Source of the DNA: an uncultured Coriobacteriaceae bacterium
GTDB taxonomy: Bacteria > Actinomycetota > Coriobacteriia > Coriobacteriales > UMGS124
Reading direction: 5' to 3'
Assembly (NCBI GenBank): GCA_900539345.1
Contig: UQBS01000006.1
Coordinates: 13,904 to 77,903 of the forward strand
Length of the DNA stretch: 64,000 nucleotides
In this document: one piece after another, positions 35,684 to 45,510 of the stretch
Layout of the letters: each line of letters starts with the position of its first letter
How positions within the stretch are numbered: the stretch's first letter is position 1
Translations under genes and position numbers: made by a program
Notes under the pieces: model-generated
The model's input: only the letters and a program-made list of their open reading frames with translations
Database searches by the model: none
Told to the model about the DNA's origin: nothing

Positions 35684-36571
35684 ATGTCTGAGACTGAAAT
35701 GCTGAGGCCCGACTCGCAGGGCAAGGTGCGCGACATCTACGATCTGGGCGACAAGCTGCTTATTGTCGCGAGCGACCGCATCAGCGCGTTCGACTACATC
35801 CTTCCCTCCGAGATTCCCTTCAAGGGCGAGGTGCTCACGCGCATCTCCAAGTTCTGGTTCGAGAAGTTCGCCGACCTGGTGCCCAACCACATGCTGTCCA
35901 CCTCCGTCGCCGACCTGCCCGAGCAGTTCCAGCCCTACGCTGACTATCTGGCTGGCCGTTTCATGCTCGTGAAGAAGGCCAGGCCGATCATGGTGGAGTG
36001 CATCGTGCGCGGCTACCTCACCGGCAGCGGCAAGAAGACCTACGACCAGGACGGCACCGTCTGCGGCATCAAGCTTCCCGAGGGCCTCACCGAGGCCTCC
36101 AAGCTCGCCGAGCCCATCTTCACCCCCTCCACCAAGGCCGCAATCGGCGACCACGACGAGAACATCTCCTATGAGCAGCTCGTCGAGCGCGAGGGCGCCG
36201 AGATTGCCTCCCAGCTGCGCGACCTGTCCATCAAGATTTACTCCGCTGCGGCTGAGTACGCTGCCACCCGTGGCATCATCATCGCCGACACCAAGTTCGA
36301 GTTCGGCATCATCGACGGCAAGATCACGCTCATCGACGAGTGCATCACGCCCGACTCCAGCCGCTTCTGGCCGGCCGATGGCTACAAGGAGGGCGAGGTC
36401 CAGGACAGCTTCGACAAGCAGTATGTCCGCAACTGGCTGAAGGCCAACTGGGACTTCACCGGCGAGCCCCCTGCGCTTCCCGCCGAGGTCCTTGAGGTTT
36501 CCTCGAGGAAGTACTGCGAGGCCTACACCATGCTCACCGGCACTGAGTTCGTGAGCGAGGGATCTCGCTAA
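35684..36571 (+). CDS. purC: phosphoribosylaminoimidazole-succinocarboxamide (SAICAR) synthase
   Basis: GKVRDIYDLGDKLLIVASDRISAFDYILPSEIPFKGEVLT and IIIADTKFEFG. The ATG at 35684 follows GAGAGGAGAA. Confidence 0.93.
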   Translation: MSETEMLRPDSQGKVRDIYDLGDKLLIVASDRISAFDYILPSEIPFKGEVLTRISKFWFEKFADLVPNHMLSTSVADLPEQFQPYADYLAGRFMLVKKARPIMVECIVRGYLTGSGKKTYDQDGTVCGIKLPEGLTEASKLAEPIFTPSTKAAIGDHDENISYEQLVEREGAEIASQLRDLSIKIYSAAAEYAATRGIIIADTKFEFGIIDGKITLIDECITPDSSRFWPADGYKEGEVQDSFDKQYVRNWLKANWDFTGEPPALPAEVLEVSSRKYCEAYTMLTGTEFVSEGSR

Positions 36572-37383
36572 TGAGCATGCGCAACCCCCAGAACGAGCGC
36601 TACACGGTCGAGCGCGAGGGTCGCTCTCAGGGAAGCGTCAAGCCTCGTACCGCCTCTGCCAAGCCGGCCTCCAAGGCGGGCGCCTCGGTGCGCACGACGA
36701 GCAAGCCCAAGCCGAAGAACGCCAAGCAGCGCGCCATGGCTGAGATGAACATGTCCAAGGAGGAGAAGAAGGCGGCCCGTGCCAAGGAGCGCGAGGCGGA
36801 GAACGTTGCCTACACCGCCATCGACATCCTCACGCGCAAGGACGCCCGCTACAAGAAGCTCCGTCGCATCTGGTGGGTGCTTCTCGTGGTCGCCGTCATC
36901 TTCACCGTGCTCTCCTGGGCTACCGTGAGCATCGAGATGCCCCTCGCGGTCAACATCGTGTCGCTCGTCCTCGCCTACGCGGCCATCATCTCCGCCCTCG
37001 TCATGGACTTCACCGTGGTGCGCAAGTGCCGCAACAAGCACCGTGACAAGGTCGCTTCCATGACGCGCAAGCAGCAGGAGCGCATCGTGTACGAGGCGCA
37101 GGTCGAGGCTGGTGCCAAGGCCGCTGCCAAGGCTGCCCGCAAGGAGGCCAAGAAGGCCGGCAAGTCGGCTGTCGAGATCGAGGCTGCCGCCAAGGAGGCC
37201 CGCGATATGGCAATGGCCGGCGTGAAGCCCGCCGACGATTCCGAGGCCGCCGACCAGGCAACCGCCAAGGACGAGGAGCCCAAGAAGAAGGCCAAAGAGC
37301 CTGCCGCGCCCCTCACGCCCGAGGAAGAGCGTCTTGCCGCAGCCGCTCAGGTCGCCCGCGAGTTCGCCAACTCGAAGCGCTAA
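36571..37383 (+). CDS. hypothetical basic Lys/Ala-rich membrane protein (two TM segments)
   Basis: TAATG overlap with the purC stop. TM segments WWVLLVVAVIFTVLSW and VSLVLAYAAIISALVM. Tail AGAKAAAKAARKEAKKAGKSAVEIEAAAKEA. Confidence 0.65.
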   Translation: MSMRNPQNERYTVEREGRSQGSVKPRTASAKPASKAGASVRTTSKPKPKNAKQRAMAEMNMSKEEKKAARAKEREAENVAYTAIDILTRKDARYKKLRRIWWVLLVVAVIFTVLSWATVSIEMPLAVNIVSLVLAYAAIISALVMDFTVVRKCRNKHRDKVASMTRKQQERIVYEAQVEAGAKAAAKAARKEAKKAGKSAVEIEAAAKEARDMAMAGVKPADDSEAADQATAKDEEPKKKAKEPAAPLTPEEERLAAAAQVAREFANSKR

Positions 37384-37519
37384 ATAAGGTATCAAGGGGA
37401 TGTCACGCTTTGGCGGGCATCCCCACTTGTCTTTTACGCCTTTTGCCAGCACAAAAGGCGTTTGCAAGCACGCCCGCACGCATACATTACTCAGCCGGTC
37501 TATCTGAAGGTAGGGTCAC

Positions 37520-40500
37520 ATGGTTTCGCGCGTTTACGTGGAGAAAAAGCCTGGGTTCGACGTCGAGGCTCAGCAGCTGAAGAATGAACTCACGTCCATT
37601 CTGGGCGTCGAGGGCCTGGAGTCTCTGCGCCTCATCAACCGCTACGACGTGGAGGGTATCTCGCAGGAGCTGTTCGACGCCTGCGTGCCCACCGTCTTCA
37701 GCGAGCCCCAGTCCGACGTGGCTTCGGCCGACTTTGAGGCCGCCGAGGGCGATGCGGTGTTCGCGGTGGAGTTCCTGCCTGGCCAGTTCGACCAGCGCGC
37801 TGCCTCCGCCGCCGAGTGCATCCAGCTCATCAGCCAGGGCGAGCGTCCCGAGGTGCGTTCCGCGAAGGTGTACATCCTTTCCGGCACGCTGACCCCCGAG
37901 GCCGTCGAGGCTGTGAAGCACTACGTGGTGAACCCCGTCGAGGCTCGCCTGGCTTCGCTCGACCTGCCGGCCACCCTGCATGTGGAGTTCCCCAAGCCTG
38001 CCATGGTGGAGACAGTCGAGGGCTTCTGCGACCTCGACGAGGCTGGCCTCGCTGCCTTTATCGACGCGCGCGGCCTGGCTATGGACCTGGCCGATATCAA
38101 GTTCTGCCAGGAGTACTTCCGCACGGAGGGGCGCAACCCCACCATCACCGAGATCAAGATGATCGACACCTATTGGTCGGACCACTGCCGCCACACCACC
38201 TTCGGCACGGTGCTCACCGACGTGGAGATTGACGACCCGCAGGTGAAGGCCGCTTATGAGCGCTATCTCGACATGCGCCACGAGCTGGGCCGCGACGCCA
38301 AGCCCGTGTGCCTTATGGACATGGGCACCATCGGCGCCCGCTACCTCAAGAGCAAGGGCATCCTCACGGGTCTGGACGAATCCGAGGAGATTAACGCCTG
38401 CACCGTCAAGGTGAAGGTCGACGTCGACGGTCAGGATGAGGACTGGCTCTACCTCTTCAAGAACGAGACGCACAATCACCCCACCGAGATCGAGCCCTTC
38501 GGCGGCGCAGCCACCTGCGTGGGCGGCGCGATCCGCGATCCCTTGTCAGGCCGCAGCTACGTGTACCAGGCCATGCGCGTGACCGGCGCCGCCGACCCCA
38601 CGGTGCCCGTGAGCCAGACCATTCCTGGCAAGCTGCCCCAGCGCAAGCTTGTGACCACGGCTGCCGCCGGCTACTCCAGCTACGGCAACCAGATCGGTCT
38701 GGCTACCGGCCAGGTCGACGAGCTCTACCATCCCGGCTATGCCGCCAAGCGCATGGAGATCGGCGCCGTCGTGGGTGCCACGCCCGCCGACCACGTGCGT
38801 CGCGAGACGCCTGCTCCCGGCGACGTCATCGTGCTGCTCGGTGGCCGCACGGGCCGCGACGGCATCGGCGGTGCCACCGGCTCCTCCAAGGCTCACAACC
38901 ACGAGAGCATCGAGACCTGCGGTGCCGAGGTGCAGAAGGGCAACGCCCCGGTCGAGCGCAAGATCCAGCGCCTGTTCCGTCGCGGCGACGCTTGCCGTCT
39001 CATCAAGCGCTGCAACGACTTCGGCGCGGGCGGCGTGTCGGTCGCCGTGGGTGAGCTGGCCGACGGCCTGTTCATCGAGCTTGACCGCGTACCCAAGAAG
39101 TACGAGGGCCTCGATGGCACCGAGCTTGCCATCGCCGAGAGCCAGGAGCGCATGGCCGTTGCCCTGGCCCCCGAGGACGTCGACACCTTCATCGGCTATG
39201 CCACCGAGGAGAACCTCGAGGCCACGCCCATCGCGCGCGTGACCGAGGAGCCCCGCGTGCGCATGGTGTGGGACGGTGCCACCATCGTCGACGTGAGCCG
39301 CGAGTTCCTCGCCTCCAACGGTGCTCCCAAGCATCAGGCTGCCAGCGTCGAGAAGGGCGGCGCTTACACCCAGGAGTGGGCGGGCGCCACGCTTGCCGAG
39401 CGCATGCGCTCGGTCCTCACCGACCTCAACGTCGCCTCCAACAAGGGTCTCTCCGAGCGCTTCGACTCCACCATCGGTGCCTCCACCGTGCTCATGCCCT
39501 TCGGCGGCAAGACACAGCTCACCCCCTCGCTTGCCATGGCGGCCAAGCTGCCCGTCTTCGGCGAGACCACCACGATGAGCGGCATGGCTTGGGGCTTCAA
39601 CCCCTACCTGTCGCAGGCCAACCAGTACCAGGGCGCCTACCTCGCCGTGGTCGAGAGCCTCTCCAAGCTCGTTGCCGCCGGCTTCGAGCACAAGAAGGCC
39701 TACCTCACGTTCCAGGAGTACTTCGAGAAGCTGCGCGACGAGCCCGCGCGTTGGGGCAAGCCTGTGGCCAGCGTTCTCGGCGCCCTCGACGCCCAGATTG
39801 ACCTGGGCGTTGGCTCCATCGGCGGCAAGGACTCCATGAGCGGCTCCTTCGAGGACCTCGACGTGCCCCCCACGCTCGTTTCCTTTGCCACCGCGGTGGG
39901 CAACGTCGCCCGTGCCACCTCGCCTGAGTTCAAGGGTGCGGGCCACGAGCTCGTGCTTATCCAGCCCGCTTGCGAGCTCGGCAGCATCGTGCCGGGCAAG
40001 AAGGGCCTGCTTGAGGCCTTCGACCTCGTTGAGGGGCTCATTGGCTCGGGCCAGGCGCTGGCCGTTTCCACCGCTGGCTACGGCGACCTTGCCGAGGCCC
40101 TCTTCAAGATGTGTGTGGGCAACCAGCTGGGCGTCGCGCTCGACCGCAACTTCGACGTCGACGAGCTCTTCGTGCCTGCATACGGCAGCTTCATCATCGA
40201 GCTTGCCGAGGGTGCACACGTTGATGAGCGCATCGCAAGCATCGCTGTCACGCGCCTTGGCGCCACGACGGCCGAGTACACGATTGCCTATCCCGGCCAT
40301 GTGGCGTCTTCCGGCGAGCGTGTCGGTGCCGAGACCATCGACCTCGCGCGGCTCCAGGAGGCTTGGGAGCACGGCATCGAGGACGTCTTCCCGTACCGCG
40401 CTGCTGGCGAGGAGGTCGAGGCTGTAAGCTTCCATGCAGAGGCCCCGCACGTGTTCCTCGGCGGCCGCACACCGCGCCCGCGCGTCATCATCCCGGTGTT

Positions 40501-41272
40501 CCCCGGCAACAACTGCGAATATGATTCCGCTCGTGCCTTCAACCGTGCCGGCGCCCAGGCTGAGACGCTCATCGTCAACAACCTTACGCCTGCTGCCGTT
40601 GCCGAGAGTACCGAGAAGCTCGCCCAGGCCATTCGCGACAGCCAGATTGTCATGATTCCCGGTGGCTTCTCTGGCGGCGACGAGCCCGACGGTTCGGCCA
40701 AGTTCATCACCGCGTTCTTCCGCGCCCCGCAGGTGACCGAGGCTGTGCGCGACCTGCTCCAGAGCCGCGACGGTCTTATGCTGGGCATCTGCAACGGCTT
40801 CCAGGCGCTCGTGAAGCTGGGCCTTGTGCCCTTCGGCGACATCCGCCCCATGGATGCCGGCTGCCCCACGCTCACGTTCAACACCATTGGCCGTCACCAG
40901 AGCCGCCTGGTGCGCACGCGCGTTGCCTCCAACATGTCGCCTTGGCTCAGCAAGTGCGAGGTCGGCGACATCCACACGGTGGCCATCAGCCACGGCGAGG
41001 GCCGCTTCGTCGCCAATGACGAGGTACTTGCCAGCATGCTCGCAAATGGCCAGGTTGCCACGCAGTACGTGGATGAGGCCGGCGTGCCGAGCATGGACCT
41101 GTCGGTGAACCCCAACGGCTCGCTGCTCGCCATCGAGGGCATCACGAGCCCCGACGGCCGCGTGTTCGGCAAGATGGGCCACTCCGAGCGCTCCGGCAAG
41201 GGCCTCTACGCCAACGTGCCGGGCAACAAGTACCAGCCCATCTTCGAGGGCGGCGTTTCGTACTTCCTGTAA
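37520..41272 (+). CDS. purL: phosphoribosylformylglycinamidine synthase, single-chain large type
   Basis: 1250 aa. THNHPTEIEPFGGAATCVGGAIRD. C-terminal glutaminase domain LGICNGFQALVKLG...ISHGEGRF. Confidence 0.95.
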   Translation: MVSRVYVEKKPGFDVEAQQLKNELTSILGVEGLESLRLINRYDVEGISQELFDACVPTVFSEPQSDVASADFEAAEGDAVFAVEFLPGQFDQRAASAAECIQLISQGERPEVRSAKVYILSGTLTPEAVEAVKHYVVNPVEARLASLDLPATLHVEFPKPAMVETVEGFCDLDEAGLAAFIDARGLAMDLADIKFCQEYFRTEGRNPTITEIKMIDTYWSDHCRHTTFGTVLTDVEIDDPQVKAAYERYLDMRHELGRDAKPVCLMDMGTIGARYLKSKGILTGLDESEEINACTVKVKVDVDGQDEDWLYLFKNETHNHPTEIEPFGGAATCVGGAIRDPLSGRSYVYQAMRVTGAADPTVPVSQTIPGKLPQRKLVTTAAAGYSSYGNQIGLATGQVDELYHPGYAAKRMEIGAVVGATPADHVRRETPAPGDVIVLLGGRTGRDGIGGATGSSKAHNHESIETCGAEVQKGNAPVERKIQRLFRRGDACRLIKRCNDFGAGGVSVAVGELADGLFIELDRVPKKYEGLDGTELAIAESQERMAVALAPEDVDTFIGYATEENLEATPIARVTEEPRVRMVWDGATIVDVSREFLASNGAPKHQAASVEKGGAYTQEWAGATLAERMRSVLTDLNVASNKGLSERFDSTIGASTVLMPFGGKTQLTPSLAMAAKLPVFGETTTMSGMAWGFNPYLSQANQYQGAYLAVVESLSKLVAAGFEHKKAYLTFQEYFEKLRDEPARWGKPVASVLGALDAQIDLGVGSIGGKDSMSGSFEDLDVPPTLVSFATAVGNVARATSPEFKGAGHELVLIQPACELGSIVPGKKGLLEAFDLVEGLIGSGQALAVSTAGYGDLAEALFKMCVGNQLGVALDRNFDVDELFVPAYGSFIIELAEGAHVDERIASIAVTRLGATTAEYTIAYPGHVASSGERVGAETIDLARLQEAWEHGIEDVFPYRAAGEEVEAVSFHAEAPHVFLGGRTPRPRVIIPVFPGNNCEYDSARAFNRAGAQAETLIVNNLTPAAVAESTEKLAQAIRDSQIVMIPGGFSGGDEPDGSAKFITAFFRAPQVTEAVRDLLQSRDGLMLGICNGFQALVKLGLVPFGDIRPMDAGCPTLTFNTIGRHQSRLVRTRVASNMSPWLSKCEVGDIHTVAISHGEGRFVANDEVLASMLANGQVATQYVDEAGVPSMDLSVNPNGSLLAIEGITSPDGRVFGKMGHSERSGKGLYANVPGNKYQPIFEGGVSYFL

Positions 41273-41386
41273 GGGCCTTTGACCGGAAACGCCGGTATCT
41301 GTTCTTGTCAGACGGGGTAGACTCGACCTGTGGGTGTCGAGCCTGCCCCGTCTTTGTGTACGGGGTTCCAAAGAAAGGACCGCCGC

Positions 41387-41587
41387 ATGAAAGAGCTCTT
41401 TGGTCTTCAGATTCCCGAACCGCTGTTTTGGGTAATCGTCGCCGTCGTAATCATCGCTGTTATCGCCGCTATCGCCATTCCCATTTACAAGGGCTACAAG
41501 GCCGAGCTCGAGCGCCAGGCAAAGCTCGAGGCCAAGAAGAAGGCCGCCGCAAAGAAGAAGGCTGCTGCCAAGAAGTCGACAAGGTAG
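41387..41587 (+). CDS. small single-TM protein with a Lys/Ala-rich tail
   Basis: 66 aa: MKELFGLQIPEPLFWVIVAVVIIAVIAAIAIPIYKGYKAELERQAKLEAKKKAAAKKKAAAKKSTR. SD AAGAAAGGA lies upstream. Confidence 0.55.
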   Translation: MKELFGLQIPEPLFWVIVAVVIIAVIAAIAIPIYKGYKAELERQAKLEAKKKAAAKKKAAAKKSTR

Positions 41588-41617
41588 CACGCATCCCTGC
41601 GTAGTTTCTCGCGACGT

Positions 41618-41668
41618 AAAGAGGACCCCTTTCCAGCGCATCCACGCCAAGGAAAGGGGTCCTCTTTT
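41618..41668 (+). terminator. strong intrinsic terminator (17-bp perfect stem)
   Basis: AAAGAGGACCCCTTTCC (41618-41634) pairs with GGAAAGGGGTCCTCTTT (41651-41667), ending in a T-run. Confidence 0.85.
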
Positions 41669-41701
41669 GTAGCTAAGTTTTGCTCGCCGATTACCTCAAG
41701 C

Positions 41702-41926
41702 CAGGTTCCGCATCCCACTAAAACGTGGGTTCTCGTCCGCAAGGCGCCGGGAGGCGATGCGCGCGGTGCGGGCCTTTGGCCTACTGGATGTACGTGAGCC
41801 TCCCGGGAACGCAGCGCATCAGGTTCCGCATTCCACCAAGAGCGGGTTCTGATGCACAAGGCGCGCAGGGCCGACGTGTACTGGAGTACTCTAGGTCCTG
41901 CGGAACGCAGTGCATCAGGTTCCGCA
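41702..41926. repeat. tandem intergenic repeat, two full units (118 and 96 bp) plus a truncated third
   Basis: Units start with CAGGTTCCGCAT at 41702, 41820 and 41916. They share GGGTTCT..CAAGGCGC and end in GGAACGCAG(C/T)GCAT. Confidence 0.8.
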
Positions 41927-44900
41927 TCATCCTAAAAGTGTGCCGTTGGAGAGAGCGTAGGTGTCGTCGGCTATGGCTCCCGCGCTTGCGCGGTGGGTTA
42001 CGATGACGACAGTCTTGTCGGCGCGGTTCTCCTGCAGTGCCTTAAGGACGCTTGCCTCGGAGAGGGCGTCGAGGTTGCTGGTGGGCTCGTCGAGTAGGAG
42101 CAGCGGCGCATCTTGCAAGAAGACGCGGGCCAGGCCTAGGCGCTGACGTTCGCCACCGGAGAGCGAGTCGCCCAGCTCGGCAAGTTGCGTGTCGAGGCCC
42201 TGCGGCAGGCGCTCCACAAGCTCGCGCAAGGCGGCCTTCTCGAGCGCCGTCATGAGCTCTTCGTCGCTCGCGTCTGCCTTGGCCACGAGGAGGTTCTCGC
42301 GGATAGTGGAGGCAAAGAGGAACGTGTCCTGCTCCATGAGGCCTTGCTGGCTGCGCAAGCTGGCGGTGTTCACGTCGCGCAGGTCCAAGCCGGAGATGCT
42401 CACGCGGCCGTTCTGGGGATCCCAGAAACGCATGAGGAGCTTGAGCAGGGTCGACTTGCCTATGCCGCTGGGCCCGGCGATGCGCACGACGCGCCCAGGG
42501 CGGATGTCGACGTCGACGTTGGAGAGGATCTCCTTGTCGCGATAGGCGAAGTTGACTTCGCGCATTGCCATGCCCTCAAAGCCCCCGACGTCGACGCCGT
42601 CGGTCACATCAGGCGTCTGAGGGGCCTCTTCGAGCAGGTCAAGCACGCGCGAACCTGCGGCGAGGGTCTGCTGCAGGGTGCTTCCCAGGGCGGCGACGGC
42701 CAAGAGCGGTCCGAAGGAGGCCATGAAGGTGCCTGCCGCCATGACGGCGCGGCCGAACTCGAGCGTTCCCTGCATGACGAACATCATTGCCAGCGCAATC
42801 ATTGCGACGTCGAGCGCAAGCACCACGGCGCCCGAGACGGCCATGGCGTTGGCACCGCGGCCCTTGAGCGTGCGCTCGGCTGAGGCAAGCGATGCCATGC
42901 GCTCGCTCAGCTCGTGGGTGCGCTGCTTCTGGGCGCCGAACTGGAGGGTCTCAGACAGGCCGCGCAGCGAGTCGAGCACGAAGGAGTTCATCTTGCCCAC
43001 CTGCTGGCGCAGCTCGAGGCCGCCCGTTGTGGTGTAGCGGGAGGAGCACCATGGCACGACGACGCCCACGCAGATGAAGCCGAGTGCTGCGAAGCCAACA
43101 AGCTGTGGAGCCTGAAAACCGATGAACACGAGCACGATGATGCTGACAGCAAGGGCAATCGCCGCAGGTGAGAGGGTGTGTGCGTAGAAGACCTCAAGCA
43201 GCTCGATGTCGGCGGTGACCAGGGAGACGAGGTCGCCTTTCTCCTTGCCCTCGAGTTTGGCAGGGGCAAGGCGGCGCATAGCGGCAAAGACCTTGTCGCG
43301 CACAAGCGCCAGCACCCTGAAGGCCAGGTAGTGGTTGCACAGCTGCTCGGCATAGCGCAGGGGTCCACGTGCAATGCCGCACACGACGGCGGCCACGGTT
43401 GCGACGCTCGCAGCAACCCAACACGCCTGACCCTCAAGGTCGAGCAGGGCAGAGGTGGCAAGGACCGTGATACCGATTGCGGCAAGGAAGCCGGCGACAC
43501 CGAGCACGACGGCGCAAGCGAGCACACCCAGCAGGGGACGGGTGAGCTTCACGAGCTTGAGCATGATGCGAACCTTGCCACGTTTGGGGGTCGCGTCACC
43601 CATGCGCGTAACCGCCTGCTGAGAAGGTGCGCCCTCGGCCGCCTGATGCACCTGCTCAGCGGCCTGCTTGTCTGCGCTTTCGCCACTGCGAGCAGAGAAG
43701 TCCTCAAGCTCTGCCTGACGTGCCCAAAGACGTGCGTAGGGGCCGTCCTGGCCCGCAAGCTCCTCGTGGATCCCCGTCTGCACGACGCGGCCGGCCTCGA
43801 AGACGTACACCTTGTTGCAGCCGCGCAGGGCAGCCAGGCGGTGCGACACCATGACGACGGTCTTGGTGCGCGCAAGCTCGGTCACGGCGTCGATGATTGC
43901 GGCCTCGCTATCTGCGTCGATGTTGGAAGTTGCCTCGTCGAAGATGTAGACGGGCGTGTCATGCAGCAGGGCGCGTGCCATGGCGAGGCGCTGGCGTTGG
44001 CCGCCCGAGAGGTTCGTGCCCTCGGCGCTGACGGGGGCGTCCAGGCCGCCGCTGCGACGCACGAAATCGTCGATGCGGCAGCGGCTGAGCGCATCCCACA
44101 GCTCCTCGTCGTTTGCCTGGGGGCGTGCCATCAACAGGTTCGAGCGCACGGTGCCGGCAAAGAGGAAGCTGCGAAAGCCCACGTAGGTCACCGTGTCGCG
44201 CAGGCTTTCGGCCGAGATGTCGCGCAGGTCGATGCCACCGATTGTGACGCTGCCGGTATAGCTGAGGTTGGCGCCTGTGAGGATGCCGGCCAAGGTCGAC
44301 TTGCCCGACCCGCTTGCGCCTGTGATGCCCACAAAGCCGCCGGGCCTTGCCGTGAAGTCGGCGTTCTGAAGCACGGTGCGGGTTCCGTCATAGGAGTAGG
44401 ACACGTTGCGGCATTCGATGCCCACCGAAGTGCAGGTGACGGCCTGAGTGCCGCGGGCAGGCTCGGGGGCGTCGATGATGCGGTACATGCGCTCGGCCGC
44501 GGCCATACCGCCTGTTGCCGTGTGGAAGAACGAGCCCAGCGTGCGCAGCGGAATGAAGAAGTCCGCCGCGAGGAACACAAAGGCGAACGCGCCGGCAAAG
44601 GTCACGGTGCCGGCCGCATAGGAGTTGAGCATCACGACGATGCCGGCTGCGGCGCCCGCAAAGGCAAAGATGTCCATGACGATCACGGAGTTCAGCTGCA
44701 TGGTGAGCAGGCGCATCGTGGCCTTGCGGAACTTCTCGGCCTCCTCGTTCATCCTGCGATGGCGCCCCTCATCGGCCCCGAAGACCTTGAGCGTGGTGAG
44801 ACCCTGGATGCTTTCCAGAAAGAGTGCGCCCAGGTCGGTGTAGGAGTGCCAGTAGTCGCCCATGATGCGCTTGGCGATCTTCATGACAGCCATGAGGGAG

Positions 44901-45412
44901 ATCGGGATGAGCGGCACGCAGCATAGGAGCACCACTGCGGCCGGGGTGCACAGTGGGGCCAGGCAGAAGAAGAGCGTAACCGAGGCAATGAGGGAGTAGA
45001 AGAGTTGCGGCAGGTAGTTGCCGAAATACGCCTCAAGCTGCTCGACGCCTTCGACGCAAAGCTGCGTCGCCTCGCTCGTGGCAACGGTCTCGCGATAGCT
45101 CGGTCCCATGCGCACGAGCTTGTCGTACACGAGCGTGCGCACGCGCTGCTTGGCCAAGGCCGACGCCGCCAGGCCTTGCTTGGTTGCCTGGGCTTGGCAA
45201 ACGAGCCTCACTGCCACGGCCACGACGGCCACGAGAAGCGTGCGAGCCAGGTCGATTCCTGTGGCGCCGCCTGCAAGCACGGATTGCAACAGTCGGCCTA
45301 CGCTCACGAACAGGACGACGTTGGCCAGCAGGGCCAGCCACTGCAGGGCAACGTTGCCGGCGATGTGGCGCATGACACCGGGAACGAGGGAAAACAAGCG
45401 TTTATCAAACAC
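41927..45412 (-). CDS. fused ABC exporter (two TMD-NBD halves), CydD/CydC thiol-exporter type
   Basis: 1161 aa. Walker A GASGSGKST and GPSGIGKST. Signatures LSGGQRQRLAMARAL and LSGGERQRLGLARVF. GTG start at 45412 after AGAGGA. Confidence 0.88.
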   Translation of the reverse strand: MFDKRLFSLVPGVMRHIAGNVALQWLALLANVVLFVSVGRLLQSVLAGGATGIDLARTLLVAVVAVAVRLVCQAQATKQGLAASALAKQRVRTLVYDKLVRMGPSYRETVATSEATQLCVEGVEQLEAYFGNYLPQLFYSLIASVTLFFCLAPLCTPAAVVLLCCVPLIPISLMAVMKIAKRIMGDYWHSYTDLGALFLESIQGLTTLKVFGADEGRHRRMNEEAEKFRKATMRLLTMQLNSVIVMDIFAFAGAAAGIVVMLNSYAAGTVTFAGAFAFVFLAADFFIPLRTLGSFFHTATGGMAAAERMYRIIDAPEPARGTQAVTCTSVGIECRNVSYSYDGTRTVLQNADFTARPGGFVGITGASGSGKSTLAGILTGANLSYTGSVTIGGIDLRDISAESLRDTVTYVGFRSFLFAGTVRSNLLMARPQANDEELWDALSRCRIDDFVRRSGGLDAPVSAEGTNLSGGQRQRLAMARALLHDTPVYIFDEATSNIDADSEAAIIDAVTELARTKTVVMVSHRLAALRGCNKVYVFEAGRVVQTGIHEELAGQDGPYARLWARQAELEDFSARSGESADKQAAEQVHQAAEGAPSQQAVTRMGDATPKRGKVRIMLKLVKLTRPLLGVLACAVVLGVAGFLAAIGITVLATSALLDLEGQACWVAASVATVAAVVCGIARGPLRYAEQLCNHYLAFRVLALVRDKVFAAMRRLAPAKLEGKEKGDLVSLVTADIELLEVFYAHTLSPAAIALAVSIIVLVFIGFQAPQLVGFAALGFICVGVVVPWCSSRYTTTGGLELRQQVGKMNSFVLDSLRGLSETLQFGAQKQRTHELSERMASLASAERTLKGRGANAMAVSGAVVLALDVAMIALAMMFVMQGTLEFGRAVMAAGTFMASFGPLLAVAALGSTLQQTLAAGSRVLDLLEEAPQTPDVTDGVDVGGFEGMAMREVNFAYRDKEILSNVDVDIRPGRVVRIAGPSGIGKSTLLKLLMRFWDPQNGRVSISGLDLRDVNTASLRSQQGLMEQDTFLFASTIRENLLVAKADASDEELMTALEKAALRELVERLPQGLDTQLAELGDSLSGGERQRLGLARVFLQDAPLLLLDEPTSNLDALSEASVLKALQENRADKTVVIVTHRASAGAIADDTYALSNGTLLG

Positions 45413-45510
45413 GGCGATTCCTCTGCTATCTCATGAAAAAGGTAAACTCCGGATAATTTTTTCACAGGATAGCAGACTAGTTATGTTAGTTAAACTTTTA
45501 CAACAAAAAG

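Noticed and set aside
38546-41650. 1034-aa minus-strand ORF antisense to purL.
   Set aside because: purL on the plus strand is unambiguous (THNHPTEIEPFGGAATCVGG, GICNGFQAL). The antisense product is compositionally biased and has no start context.
43178-44926. 582-aa plus-strand ORF, together with 42185-42883 and others, inside the exporter gene.
   Set aside because: The minus strand encodes a complete double ABC half-transporter with two Walker A/signature/Walker B sets. The plus-strand frames are shadow ORFs.
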